30,318 nucleotides of DNA from NCBI GenBank assembly GCA_030654645.1, contig JAURXC010000378.1, positions 1 through 30,318 of the forward strand, read 5' to 3'. The notes below the pieces were generated by a model. It did not search any database. It was not told the DNA's origin and saw nothing but the letters and a program-made list of their open reading frames with translations. The translations under genes and the position numbers were made by a program. The stretch's first letter is position 1. Each line of letters opens with the position of its first letter. This stretch comes from Deltaproteobacteria bacterium. Lineage in GTDB: Bacteria; Desulfobacterota; Desulfuromonadia; Geobacterales; Pseudopelobacteraceae. Below are positions 1-9,138 of this stretch, one piece after another.

Positions 1-1949
1 TTGATATCCGGCTGCTCATCAGCGCCGGGTTTTTGGCAGTATTCAAACGGTTCGGTCCCGGCGATATAGAATTCCTCTCGGCTGTCGGGGCAGTCCGGGC
101 TGGCCAGTTTGCCGCTGACAGGGTCGATGGAAACAGAAACCACCGTATCCGGCCTGGGGAAGTCAATTGCCGGTTTGGACGCCAGTGCCTTGCGCATGAA
201 CCGCTCCCATATCGGTGCGGCGGCAGCCCCACCGGTGAAGCCTTTTCCTCCCGGCCGGGGCTTGTCATATCCAACCCAGACGCCGGTGATCAGCTGTGGC
301 GTATAGCCGACGAACCAAGCATCGCGGTAGTCGTCGGTGGTGCCGGTCTTGCCGGCCGATGGGCGTGCCCGGCTGAATTTTTTCAGATTTTTGGCGGTAC
401 CATAGCTCATCACGTCTTTCAGCATCTGGGTGGTTACGAAAGCCGTGGCAGGCGAAATGGCCGGATGGACTACCGGAGGATTCTCGACCCAGCTGTGGCG
501 CTTGCTGTCATAAATGCGGATAATGGTTCGCGCTTCGGGCCGCTGCCCTCCGCCGGCCAGCGGCGTGTAGGCCAACACCAGGTCATTCAGCGTGACCTCA
601 TCCGTACCCAGAGCCAGCGAGAGGCCGTTCTCTGTCCGTAAAGGCAGCCCCATCCTGGATGCAAAATCGACGAAATACGGAACTCCAATCTCGTTCAGCA
701 GCTTTACCGCGATCACATTGTTGGAATAGGCCAGGGCCTGACGCAGGGATAGCTCTCCGTACTGCTCCCGTCCATAGTTGAGCGGTTTCCAGGTTTCGTT
801 GTTGCCGCGATCGTAAACCACCGGTTCATCATCCCGAACGCTGGCCGCGGTAAGGCCCTTTTCCAGCGCCGCTGCATAGATCAGCGGCTTGATCGCCGAA
901 CCGGGTTGCCGCCTGGCGGCAAAGGCTCGGTTATAGCCGCTCTGGGTGGTATCGACTCCCCCCACGGCGGCCAGCACGTCGCCGGTGGCTGGATCCAGGC
1001 AGATCAATGCTCCCTGCAGATTGGGTGAAATCCGTCTGGCCCCTTCACGCAGGGCCTGCTCGGCCTGTTTCTGCAGGTTCAGGTCCAGCGCCGCTGTAAC
1101 TTCCAGCCCCCCTTGTTCGACAATCTCGGTTCCATAGCGCTCGATCAGCTTGCCGCGAATATGTGCCAGGTACTGGGGCGCCTGCCCCGGTTTGGTGACC
1201 GCCGGCGGATGGGCCCGCAACGCCTGGCGCTGCCGGGAAGTGATCATGTTCAGTTCCTGCATCCGCTTGAGGACCACGTCCCGCCGTCCCGTGATATTGG
1301 CGGCTTTTCCCAACGGATTGTAACGGGCCGGATTTTTCTGCACGCCGGCCAACATCGCGCATTCGGCATCGCTCAACTCCTCCGGGTTTTTGTCGAAATA
1401 AAGCCGCGAGGCCTGGGCAATGCCCCAGGCGCCGTTGCCATAGTAGATCTCGTTGAAATACATCTCCAGGATCTGCTTCTTGCTGTATTTCTGTTCAAAT
1501 TCCATTGCCAGGCGGGCTTCCTCGAACTTTCTTTCGAAGGTTTTCTCGCCGGACAGATATCTGTTTTTGATCAACTGCTGGGTAATGGTCGAACCACCTT
1601 CAGCCAGTCTCCCCTTGACCACATCCTTGACCAGCGCCCGGGCGATCCCGCGCATGTCGATCCCGCCATGTTCGTAGAAACGGGTGTCTTCCACCGCCAC
1701 CACCGCTTTTTGCAGGAAGGCCGGGATACGTTCGATCGGAACCCAGTATCTCTTTTCCGGCAGGATTCGGCCGACAAAGCGCTTGTGGTTGTCAAAAACC
1801 TTGATGGAGGCGTAGCCGGCAGGCAGGATGGGAAATGTGGCAAAGTTTTCCTGGGCGGGTGTTGCCGAGACCATGGTAACGAGCAGCAAAAGTGCCAGCA
1901 GGATTGAACAGGGTAATAATCTATGATTGGAGTAAATCAGAAAACGCAC
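1..1949 (-). CDS. Penicillin-binding protein 1A family (transglycosylase/transpeptidase), 3' end runs off the window
   Basis: Absent from the ORF track because no stop lies in the window. Manual translation from GTG 1949 gives a signal/TM segment, EDTRFYEHGGID and GGSTITQQL transglycosylase motifs, then SxxK (GSAIK), SxN (SNN) and KTG transpeptidase motifs. Confidence 0.95.
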   Translation of the reverse strand, partial: MRFLIYSNHRLLPCSILLALLLLVTMVSATPAQENFATFPILPAGYASIKVFDNHKRFVGRILPEKRYWVPIERIPAFLQKAVVAVEDTRFYEHGGIDMRGIARALVKDVVKGRLAEGGSTITQQLIKNRYLSGEKTFERKFEEARLAMEFEQKYSKKQILEMYFNEIYYGNGAWGIAQASRLYFDKNPEELSDAECAMLAGVQKNPARYNPLGKAANITGRRDVVLKRMQELNMITSRQRQALRAHPPAVTKPGQAPQYLAHIRGKLIERYGTEIVEQGGLEVTAALDLNLQKQAEQALREGARRISPNLQGALICLDPATGDVLAAVGGVDTTQSGYNRAFAARRQPGSAIKPLIYAAALEKGLTAASVRDDEPVVYDRGNNETWKPLNYGREQYGELSLRQALAYSNNVIAVKLLNEIGVPYFVDFASRMGLPLRTENGLSLALGTDEVTLNDLVLAYTPLAGGGQRPEARTIIRIYDSKRHSWVENPPVVHPAISPATAFVTTQMLKDVMSYGTAKNLKKFSRARPSAGKTGTTDDYRDAWFVGYTPQLITGVWVGYDKPRPGGKGFTGGAAAAPIWERFMRKALASKPAIDFPRPDTVVSVSIDPVSGKLASPDCPDSREEFYIAGTEPFEYCQKPGADEQPDI

Positions 1950-1969
1950 GGTTTTTCTTTCCGTTTCCG

Positions 1970-3208
1970 TTACAGAAACTCTTCGAAGTAATCCAGGTCC
2001 TTGTGAAAGGTTTCTTCCAGCCGCCAGAGCGAATAGAGGGCGATGGCCAGACAGAGTGAACCAACCATGATCGCTCCGGTTTGCAGGCTGTAACCCTTCC
2101 GGAAAAACTGGAACAGCATGGTGATGGGAACCACCATGCCCCGGACGAAATTGGGCACCGTGGTTGCCACGGTGGCGCGCAGGTTGGTCCCGAACTGTTC
2201 GGCGGCAATCGTAACGAAGATGGCCCAGTATCCGCTGCCGAATCCGAGAAACGCGCAGATCGTGTAAAAATGCGCCGGAGTGACCCCGGAAGCAAGGAAA
2301 TACCAACCGATGCCGGCTATTGTGATCAACAGGAATATGCCGACCACTTTTCGCCTGCTGCGCAGGAACTGGCTGAGCAGGCCGCTGGCCAGATCGCCGA
2401 ACACCAGTCCCAGGTAACAGAACATGACCGCATTTCCGGCGGCAACCGTGCCGGTTACGCCCAGGGATTTGGCGAATTCCGGCGAAAAGGTGATCAGCAC
2501 CCCGACCACGAACCAGGTCGGTATCCCGATCAGGATCGAATTGAGATAACGGCCGAACCGTTTACGATCGGTGAACAGGGATATGAAATTACCCTTGCTG
2601 ACCGTGGCGCTTTCCATCTGCCGAAACATGCCGGATTCTGCCACCTTGAGCCTGGTGATAAGCAGGAGCAGTCCCAGGACTCCCCCGATAAAGAACGCGT
2701 TGCGCCAGTCGAAAGCCTTGGCCACGAAGTTGGCCAGTATGGCGCCGGATACCCCCACCGAGGCGACGATCATGGTGCCATAGCCCCGCACGCTCTGGTG
2801 CAGCATCTCGGCCACCAGCGTGATCCCCGCTCCCAGTTCCCCCGCCAGGCCGACCCCGGCTACAAAGCGGAGCAGGGCGTAGGCCGGCAACGAAGTAGCC
2901 ATGCCGTTCAACAGGTTGGCAATGGAGTAGATGAAGATCGAGGCGAACATGATCTTGAGCCGCCCCTTGCGATCCCCCAGGATTCCCCAGAGCACTCCTC
3001 CCACCAGCATGCCGGCCATCTGCATGTTGAGCAGGAACACACCCTGGTCGATCAGCTCTTGCCCCTGCAGGCCCAGAGCCTTGAGGCTCGGCACCCGCAC
3101 TATGCTGAACAACACCAGGTCGTAGATATCCACAAAGTATCCGAGAGCGGCGACGATCACCGGCAGGGAAATAATCGAACAGCTGGAAATTGTCTGCTTC
3201 TGTTGCAT
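1970..3208 (-). CDS. MFS transporter
   Basis: 412 aa with about 12 hydrophobic segments and MFS loop motifs (GILGDRKGR, GLAGELG, AEQFGTNLRAT). Confidence 0.92.
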   Translation of the reverse strand: MQQKQTISSCSIISLPVIVAALGYFVDIYDLVLFSIVRVPSLKALGLQGQELIDQGVFLLNMQMAGMLVGGVLWGILGDRKGRLKIMFASIFIYSIANLLNGMATSLPAYALLRFVAGVGLAGELGAGITLVAEMLHQSVRGYGTMIVASVGVSGAILANFVAKAFDWRNAFFIGGVLGLLLLITRLKVAESGMFRQMESATVSKGNFISLFTDRKRFGRYLNSILIGIPTWFVVGVLITFSPEFAKSLGVTGTVAAGNAVMFCYLGLVFGDLASGLLSQFLRSRRKVVGIFLLITIAGIGWYFLASGVTPAHFYTICAFLGFGSGYWAIFVTIAAEQFGTNLRATVATTVPNFVRGMVVPITMLFQFFRKGYSLQTGAIMVGSLCLAIALYSLWRLEETFHKDLDYFEEFL

Positions 3209-3423
3209 GAATGACCTCGTATGCCGGAGGAATCAACGTGTCTCAACCATGTCAGGGTGCAGGATAGGCAAAGAATGGCGGAAAGTCAAACCGGACGGCA
3301 TGTGTATGCAGCGTTTCATCGCTGAAAACTGGCCGCCCGCCAGCAGGTGATATGGCTCCTGATGAGGATAATTGTATACATTTCCGGGTTTTTTACCGTA
3401 AAAACTTTACACATGAGTAATGA

Positions 3424-3432
3424 TGGTATAAT
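3424..3432 (+). promoter_or_regulatory. Possible extended -10 promoter (TGGTATAAT) for the TonB-dependent receptor cluster
   Basis: TGn-TATAAT about 50 nt upstream of ATG 3483; no well-spaced -35. Confidence 0.4.
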
Positions 3433-3482
3433 CGTATAAATACTTGTTAATTTGATGCATTGTCATGAAAGAGGGGCAAACC

Positions 3483-5621
3483 ATGAACAAGATAGCATTG
3501 ATTGCATGCCTGCCTTTGATTGCCGGCCTGAATATGAACGGCAATGTGTCGGCGGCGGATCTGCCGCTTGCCCCATCTGATCCGGTTATGGCACAGAACA
3601 GTCTTTCCGACAAAAAAGAGTTGTTGATGTTCTTCGAGGAGCAGGACCTGGTTACAGCCACCAAGCGCCACACCACGCTGCGTAAGGCTCCTGCCATAGC
3701 CACGATCATTACCGCCGACGAGATCAGGAACATGGGGGCGCGCAACCTGCTGGACGTGCTGAAGATGGTGCCGGGCCTGGGGGTCTCGATCAACGAAATT
3801 GGTCTTGGCATGATCGAAGTGCGCGGGGTCAGATCATTTGTGAGCGAAAAAATACTGGTCATGATCGATGGTCATTCCCTGAACAAGAACATTACCGGGA
3901 GCGCTTTTTTCACAATCAGCGAAATGCTCCCAATGGAAAACATACGCCAGGTGGAGGTGGTGCGGGGGCCCGGTTCGGCCCTTTACGGCAACAGCGCCTT
4001 TTTGGCCACCATCAACATCATCACCCGCAATGCAGTGGAGATCGACGGCCTGGAACTGAAGGCCGGTGGCGGTAGCTTCGACAGCTTCAAGGGTAACCTG
4101 GTCGGCGGTAAGGCTATTGGCGACAAGATGACGGTTTCCGGCAGCCTGGATCATTATCAGACCAAAGGCCCCAAGCTGACGGTTGAGGCAGATTCCCTGA
4201 GCGGCACCCCCTTTTCAAAGGCGCCGGGCACTCCCGGCCTTGATCTCAAACAGACGGACATTTTCCTGAAGATTGGATATGGTGACCTCTCTTTTCGCGG
4301 TGGATATCGAACATTAAATAAGGATTTATTCATCGGTTTCGGGTCTGCCCTCACCGACAACAATTACGTTGATTACGACATCTACTGGGGAGAAGTGGCC
4401 CATGATCTGCGCCTTGCTGATGGGCTCTCCTTGAATCTGAAGCTCTATTACGATCATATTGAACAGAGCACGAACGTTAAAATATACCCGAACGGCTACG
4501 CTTTAACCATACCGACGGTTCCGCCAACGGTATACACCTACACCAACGGCATGATCGGCAGGCCGCTGTTCAAGAATCGTACCTTGGGTGGTGAACTGCA
4601 GCTGAATTGGGACGTGTTCACGGGGAATCATTTGATTGCCGGGGTCTCTTTTGAGGAGTTGCGGCAGTATGATGTCAAACAACTGGCCAACTTCAACCCC
4701 CTGACCGGCACTCCTCTCGCTTCCGTGCAGGAGGTTGCCAACTGGAACAGGGATACAGCCCGCCAAATCTGGGCTCTCTACCTGCAGGACGAATGGCAGC
4801 TGCCTGCCCAAGTGAATCTGACAGCCGGTCTGCGCTATGACCATTACAGCGATTTCGGCGATACCGTCAACCCACGCGTTGGCCTGGTTTGGAGTTTGCT
4901 TGATAACACCGAACTGAAGCTGCTCTACGGGCAAGCCTTCCGGGCGCCTAATTTTCAGGAACTCTACAACATCAACAACCCTGCACAGCTCGGCAACCCT
5001 AATCTCAAGCCGGAGCGGATTGAGACCTATGAGGCTGGTCTGGCCTGGCACCTCAACCGTTTCTTTGCAGCCGAACTGAATTACTTTTACAGCATGATCG
5101 ACGACCAGATCGACGTGAACCCGACAACGGCCCCAGCACCTACCTATGCCAATATCCGCCAGTCCGAGACTCAGGGGATCGAACTGGGAGTGAACGGTTC
5201 CTGCGAGGCCGGCCTGAACTGGAAGCTGCACTACACCTGGCAGGACCCGCGTAACGCTGATACCGGCGGACGTCTTCCGTATGTTCCGTCGCACCGTGCT
5301 TCTGGTAGTATCAACTATGCCCCGGTAAAATATCTGAATCTGCACACCGACCTGCTCTGGACCGGTCCGCGCCCGCGAGACAAAGGGGACAGCCGTCCGG
5401 AGATGCCAGCATATGCCACCGTCGATCTGGCCGTGACATTCAGGAACTTCTACAAAACCATGGAGATTCAGGCCACCGTGCGAAATCTTTTCGATGAACG
5501 CTACAAGGACCCGGATACTTCCGGAGGAAATGTCAACATTGCAGGTACAGGGCCGAAAGTTCCCGGAGATTTTCCCCGGGAAGGTATTTCCGGGTTTGTG
5601 ACCGCATCGTACAAATTTTAA
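3483..5621 (+). CDS. TonB-dependent outer membrane receptor
   Basis: Signal peptide, plug motifs (IITADEIRNMGARNLLDVLKMVPG; IRQVEVVRGPGSALYG), barrel strands (LTAGLRYDHYSDFG, RNLFDERY) and C-terminal Phe. Start placed at ATG 3483 after GAGGGG; the ORF track starts at 3465. Confidence 0.95.
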   Translation: MNKIALIACLPLIAGLNMNGNVSAADLPLAPSDPVMAQNSLSDKKELLMFFEEQDLVTATKRHTTLRKAPAIATIITADEIRNMGARNLLDVLKMVPGLGVSINEIGLGMIEVRGVRSFVSEKILVMIDGHSLNKNITGSAFFTISEMLPMENIRQVEVVRGPGSALYGNSAFLATINIITRNAVEIDGLELKAGGGSFDSFKGNLVGGKAIGDKMTVSGSLDHYQTKGPKLTVEADSLSGTPFSKAPGTPGLDLKQTDIFLKIGYGDLSFRGGYRTLNKDLFIGFGSALTDNNYVDYDIYWGEVAHDLRLADGLSLNLKLYYDHIEQSTNVKIYPNGYALTIPTVPPTVYTYTNGMIGRPLFKNRTLGGELQLNWDVFTGNHLIAGVSFEELRQYDVKQLANFNPLTGTPLASVQEVANWNRDTARQIWALYLQDEWQLPAQVNLTAGLRYDHYSDFGDTVNPRVGLVWSLLDNTELKLLYGQAFRAPNFQELYNINNPAQLGNPNLKPERIETYEAGLAWHLNRFFAAELNYFYSMIDDQIDVNPTTAPAPTYANIRQSETQGIELGVNGSCEAGLNWKLHYTWQDPRNADTGGRLPYVPSHRASGSINYAPVKYLNLHTDLLWTGPRPRDKGDSRPEMPAYATVDLAVTFRNFYKTMEIQATVRNLFDERYKDPDTSGGNVNIAGTGPKVPGDFPREGISGFVTASYKF

Positions 5622-5707
5622 TCAATTTCATAATCCAGCTTTCCTTTGCGTTATCTTGGGCTTTGAGGTAAATTCATTTCTTTTTTTTAAGAAAGTCCGG
5701 CCGAAAA

Positions 5708-6661
5708 ATGCCTGTTGCAGCATTTCAACTTATTTTAGGAATCCCGTTGGTGAAAGTCTTCTTTTTACATAGATGCTTCCGTTTGCTCTTTTGCCGATAT
5801 CCACTTGTCGCTGTGCCGTTGTTTATTTTCCTGTTGTTGCTCTCATCTCCGGCCTGGGCCGCAAAAGTTCTGATAGTAGGAGATATTCAATACGCGCTGG
5901 TGGCCGATGTGGCTGCGGAGATCCAGTCGGCGGTGCGGGCGCAGGTCAGGGAATACGCGACTTCAGAAGTCAAGGGGCGTCTCGGTGCGGTAGTTGAACG
6001 TGAGAATGCGCAGGTCGTGGTTGCGCTGGGCATGGACGCGCTGGGCGAAGCGCTGCGTCTGCCCCCGTCGATCTCCGTGGTATATGGCCTTGTCATCGTA
6101 CCTCCAAGGAGCGGCAGGCCAAACGTTACCGGAGTTTACATGTCTCCGCCGGTCAGCGAATATGTCTCGACTATCCGGCGCTACCTTCCCGGGATAACCA
6201 GGCTTACGGTGTTGGGGAGCCAGGACATGATCAGGAGCCTGTTTGCCGGCGACTCTGCCCTGGTTGCCACTTATCACGTCAGCAATTCATCCGAACTGGT
6301 CAATGCCGTCAGTCGGATTACCGATTCCAGAGCGTTTTTGCTGCTGCCGGATGCCAATCTGCTGACCGCCCAGGTCATGTCCAGTGTCTATCTGCACTCA
6401 TTCAGGAAAAATATCCCGGTGCTCGGCATCTCGGAAGCAAATGTCAAGCAGGGGTCGCTGTTTGCATTCGTGTTTGAACCCAAAGCGGTCAGTCGCCAGA
6501 TTGGTGAGAAGGTGCAGACTATTCTGAATGGAATGGAAGCCGGAGAAATTTCCGCGTCTCCTCCCAGGAAATACAACCTGTTTATCAACGGCAACACGGC
6601 CAGGAAAATGGGGATCAATCTCCCCGATGAGATGTTGAAGAAAGCAAAGAAGGTCTATTGA
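5708..6661 (+). CDS. Periplasmic ABC-type substrate-binding protein (ABC_sub_bind-like), no permease nearby
   Basis: Signal peptide ending AWA-A; LLLPDANL, SFRKNIPVLGISEANVKQGSLFA and INGNTARKMGI segments are typical of this family. True start may be GTG 5750. Confidence 0.8.
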   Translation: MPVAAFQLILGIPLVKVFFLHRCFRLLFCRYPLVAVPLFIFLLLLSSPAWAAKVLIVGDIQYALVADVAAEIQSAVRAQVREYATSEVKGRLGAVVERENAQVVVALGMDALGEALRLPPSISVVYGLVIVPPRSGRPNVTGVYMSPPVSEYVSTIRRYLPGITRLTVLGSQDMIRSLFAGDSALVATYHVSNSSELVNAVSRITDSRAFLLLPDANLLTAQVMSSVYLHSFRKNIPVLGISEANVKQGSLFAFVFEPKAVSRQIGEKVQTILNGMEAGEISASPPRKYNLFINGNTARKMGINLPDEMLKKAKKVY

Positions 6662-9138
6662 TGAAACCCGTATTGCCCATTAGCGATATAAATATGAATA
6701 ATGCAAATCCGGCGTCCGAGCCGCCGCGGAACGGGTTGACAGGCCGCCTGAAAGCGCTGATACCGCTGACTTTCAGGGGGCAGGCGCTGCTGTTTCTTTT
6801 TCCGCTGATAGTTATTATTTCAGCTGTTTACACGATCGAATCGGTCCATACCGAAAGACAGATCCTGAGAAAAGAGATCCTGAAAAAAGGGGAGACCATC
6901 GCCACCATTGCAGCCCGGAATTCGGAACTGCCACTGCTTTCCGAGAATTTTGAACAGTTGAGGGGAGCGGCCCTTTCGGTGATGGCAATTACAGATGTCG
7001 CTTTCGTCGAGTTTCTTGACAAACATTCCAAGGTGTTGCTGCACGAAGGCATAAAACACAACCGTAAAGCTACCACATCGATTGATTCCGGCAAGATGAC
7101 CGGATTTTATGAACATGGCGATGTTTTCGAGTTCATTGTCCCGGTCATCAGCGTCAAGGCCGCCGAGGAGCTTTTCCTGCTGGAGGGTATCGGTTCCGCA
7201 CCGACTGTCAGGGAACAGGTCGGTTGGGTGCGTATCGGCTTGTCCAAGGAGGTGATGAGCAGATCCGGACATGAGATCGTGGTGCGAGGTGCTATCCTGG
7301 CCGTACTGTTTTCAGCGGCCGGAACTCTGCTGTTATACCTGTTCATTACCGTTTTTACCCGCCCTCTGTATACCTTGATCAACGCGGTCAAGGAGGTGCG
7401 GGATGGGGAGCACTCCGAAGTGAAGGTTCTCTCTCCCAAAAGTGAAATCGGACGACTTTCCTCGGAATTCAACAGAATGAGTTGTGCAATCAAGAAACGT
7501 GAGGAAGAGCTTCAGGAAAATGTGCTGGAGCTTGAAATGACTCAGAACGAACTTCAGGAAAACGTGCTGGAACTCGAGATGACCCAGAATGAACTTCAGG
7601 AGAATGTTCAGGAACTGGAAATGCAGATTGAGGCTCGCGAAGTGGCCGAACTGGAACTGATAAGGTATCGCGATCATCTTGAGGAACTGGTTGCGGTGCG
7701 GACAACAGAACTTACGGTTGCCAAGGAACAGGCCGAGTCGGCCAGTCGCGCCAAGAGTGACTTTCTCGCCAGTATGAGTCATGAACTGCGCACACCGCTG
7801 AATGCGATCCTCGGTTATGCCCAGATTCTGATACATGACGAGAATCTTTCCGATATCCATCGTCAGCAGTTGGGAATCATGCGCGGCAGCGGTGAACACC
7901 TGCTGACATTGATCAACGACATACTGGAGGTGGGCAAGATCGAGGCGTCCAAGATGGAAGTCGAGAGCCTGGTTTTCGATCTGCCCGCTCTTCTGCGGCA
8001 GGTATTCAACCTGACCAAGTTGCATGCCGAAGAAAAGGAACTGCAATTTGAATATGAAGTCGACAGCCAGCTACCGACTTACGTGCGGGGTGATGAACGC
8101 AAGCTGCGCCAGATACTGCTGAACCTGCTCAGTAACGCGGTAAAATACACCCGCAGGGGCGGGGTTACGCTGCGGGTGAACTATGATCCGACGGGTGCCG
8201 GGCTGTTCCGTTGCGAGGTGGTGGACAGCGGGATCGGGATTCCCTCCGACAAACTGGAGGCAATCTTTGAGCCGTTTACGCAACTGGTGCATGACCGACA
8301 GGTCAGGGAAGGCACCGGCCTGGGACTGAACATCACCAAGCGCCTGCTGGAGCTGATGCATGGCAGGATCTGGGTTGAAAGCATCCCTGGCAAGGGGAGT
8401 ACCTTCCGGATAGAGGTTGAGTTACCGGCCCTGGTGGATGATGAGGTTGCGCTGGAGAAAACCGATTGCCATGTTACCGGCTATTCCGGCCAACGAAAAA
8501 GAATTCTGGTGGTTGACGACAATGTCAGCAATACCTCGATGCTGATTTCACTGCTGGAACCTTTGGGGTTTGATCTGAATACCGCCCAGAACGGCCGGGA
8601 GGCTTTGCAGCGTGCGGAACAACAACATCCCGACCTGGTGCTGCTGGATCTGGTGATGCCGGAAATGAACGGTCTCGAAGCGGCAAGGTTGATGAGGGCA
8701 AACCGGGAATTGGCCGGTATCAGGATCATCGGCGCCTCGGCTACCGTCACCGATGTTGCCTACAAAGAGTCTTTCGTGGCCATTTGTGACGATTTTGTGA
8801 CCAAACCGATTCGTGTGGATCTGCTGTTGGAAAAGATCGGCAGTCTGCTCGGGATAGAGTGGGATAGCTCTTTGCCGGAAAATGTTGGTGTTCAGTGCAT
8901 CCGGACCGTTACGAACCGTGAAGAGGCTTTGGTGGCCCCACCCACGGCGGAAATCGAAGAGCTGCATGAACTGGCCTTGATGGGCGACATGCAGAAAATT
9001 GAGAAATGGGCCACCGATCTGGAAGCCAGGGATCATGCATACGGCTGTTTCACCGGAAAACTGCTTGAACTGGCGGCGGGATTCAAGACCAAGGCCATTC
9101 TGGCGCTGGTGGAACAGTATAGAGGAGACAGGAAATGA
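6661..9138 (+). CDS. Membrane hybrid sensor histidine kinase (TM-periplasmic-TM-HAMP-coiled coil-HisKA-HATPase-REC-helical tail)
   Basis: H-box FLASMSHELRTPLNAILG, N-box NLLSNAVKYT, G-boxes DSGIGI and GTGLGL, receiver VVDD...LLDLVMP...KP. ATG overlaps the upstream TGA (TGATG). Confidence 0.95.
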   Translation: MKPVLPISDINMNNANPASEPPRNGLTGRLKALIPLTFRGQALLFLFPLIVIISAVYTIESVHTERQILRKEILKKGETIATIAARNSELPLLSENFEQLRGAALSVMAITDVAFVEFLDKHSKVLLHEGIKHNRKATTSIDSGKMTGFYEHGDVFEFIVPVISVKAAEELFLLEGIGSAPTVREQVGWVRIGLSKEVMSRSGHEIVVRGAILAVLFSAAGTLLLYLFITVFTRPLYTLINAVKEVRDGEHSEVKVLSPKSEIGRLSSEFNRMSCAIKKREEELQENVLELEMTQNELQENVLELEMTQNELQENVQELEMQIEAREVAELELIRYRDHLEELVAVRTTELTVAKEQAESASRAKSDFLASMSHELRTPLNAILGYAQILIHDENLSDIHRQQLGIMRGSGEHLLTLINDILEVGKIEASKMEVESLVFDLPALLRQVFNLTKLHAEEKELQFEYEVDSQLPTYVRGDERKLRQILLNLLSNAVKYTRRGGVTLRVNYDPTGAGLFRCEVVDSGIGIPSDKLEAIFEPFTQLVHDRQVREGTGLGLNITKRLLELMHGRIWVESIPGKGSTFRIEVELPALVDDEVALEKTDCHVTGYSGQRKRILVVDDNVSNTSMLISLLEPLGFDLNTAQNGREALQRAEQQHPDLVLLDLVMPEMNGLEAARLMRANRELAGIRIIGASATVTDVAYKESFVAICDDFVTKPIRVDLLLEKIGSLLGIEWDSSLPENVGVQCIRTVTNREEALVAPPTAEIEELHELALMGDMQKIEKWATDLEARDHAYGCFTGKLLELAAGFKTKAILALVEQYRGDRK
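7507..7623 (+). repeat. 42-bp (14-aa) tandem repeat, 2.8 copies, ELQENVLELEMTQN
   Basis: Units start at 7507, 7549 and 7591. Units 1 and 2 encode identical peptides and differ at 7 synonymous positions. Confidence 0.95.

Noticed and set aside
33-1907. Long + strand ORFs (33-641, 1113-1907) and similar antisense ORFs elsewhere (2081-3214, 22546-23535, 26263-27078)
   Set aside because: Shadow frames opposite well-supported genes in GC-rich DNA.
3296-3311. Sigma54-like CGGCATGTGTATGCA upstream of the TonB receptor
   Set aside because: GG-GC spacing is 11 nt, not the required 12.
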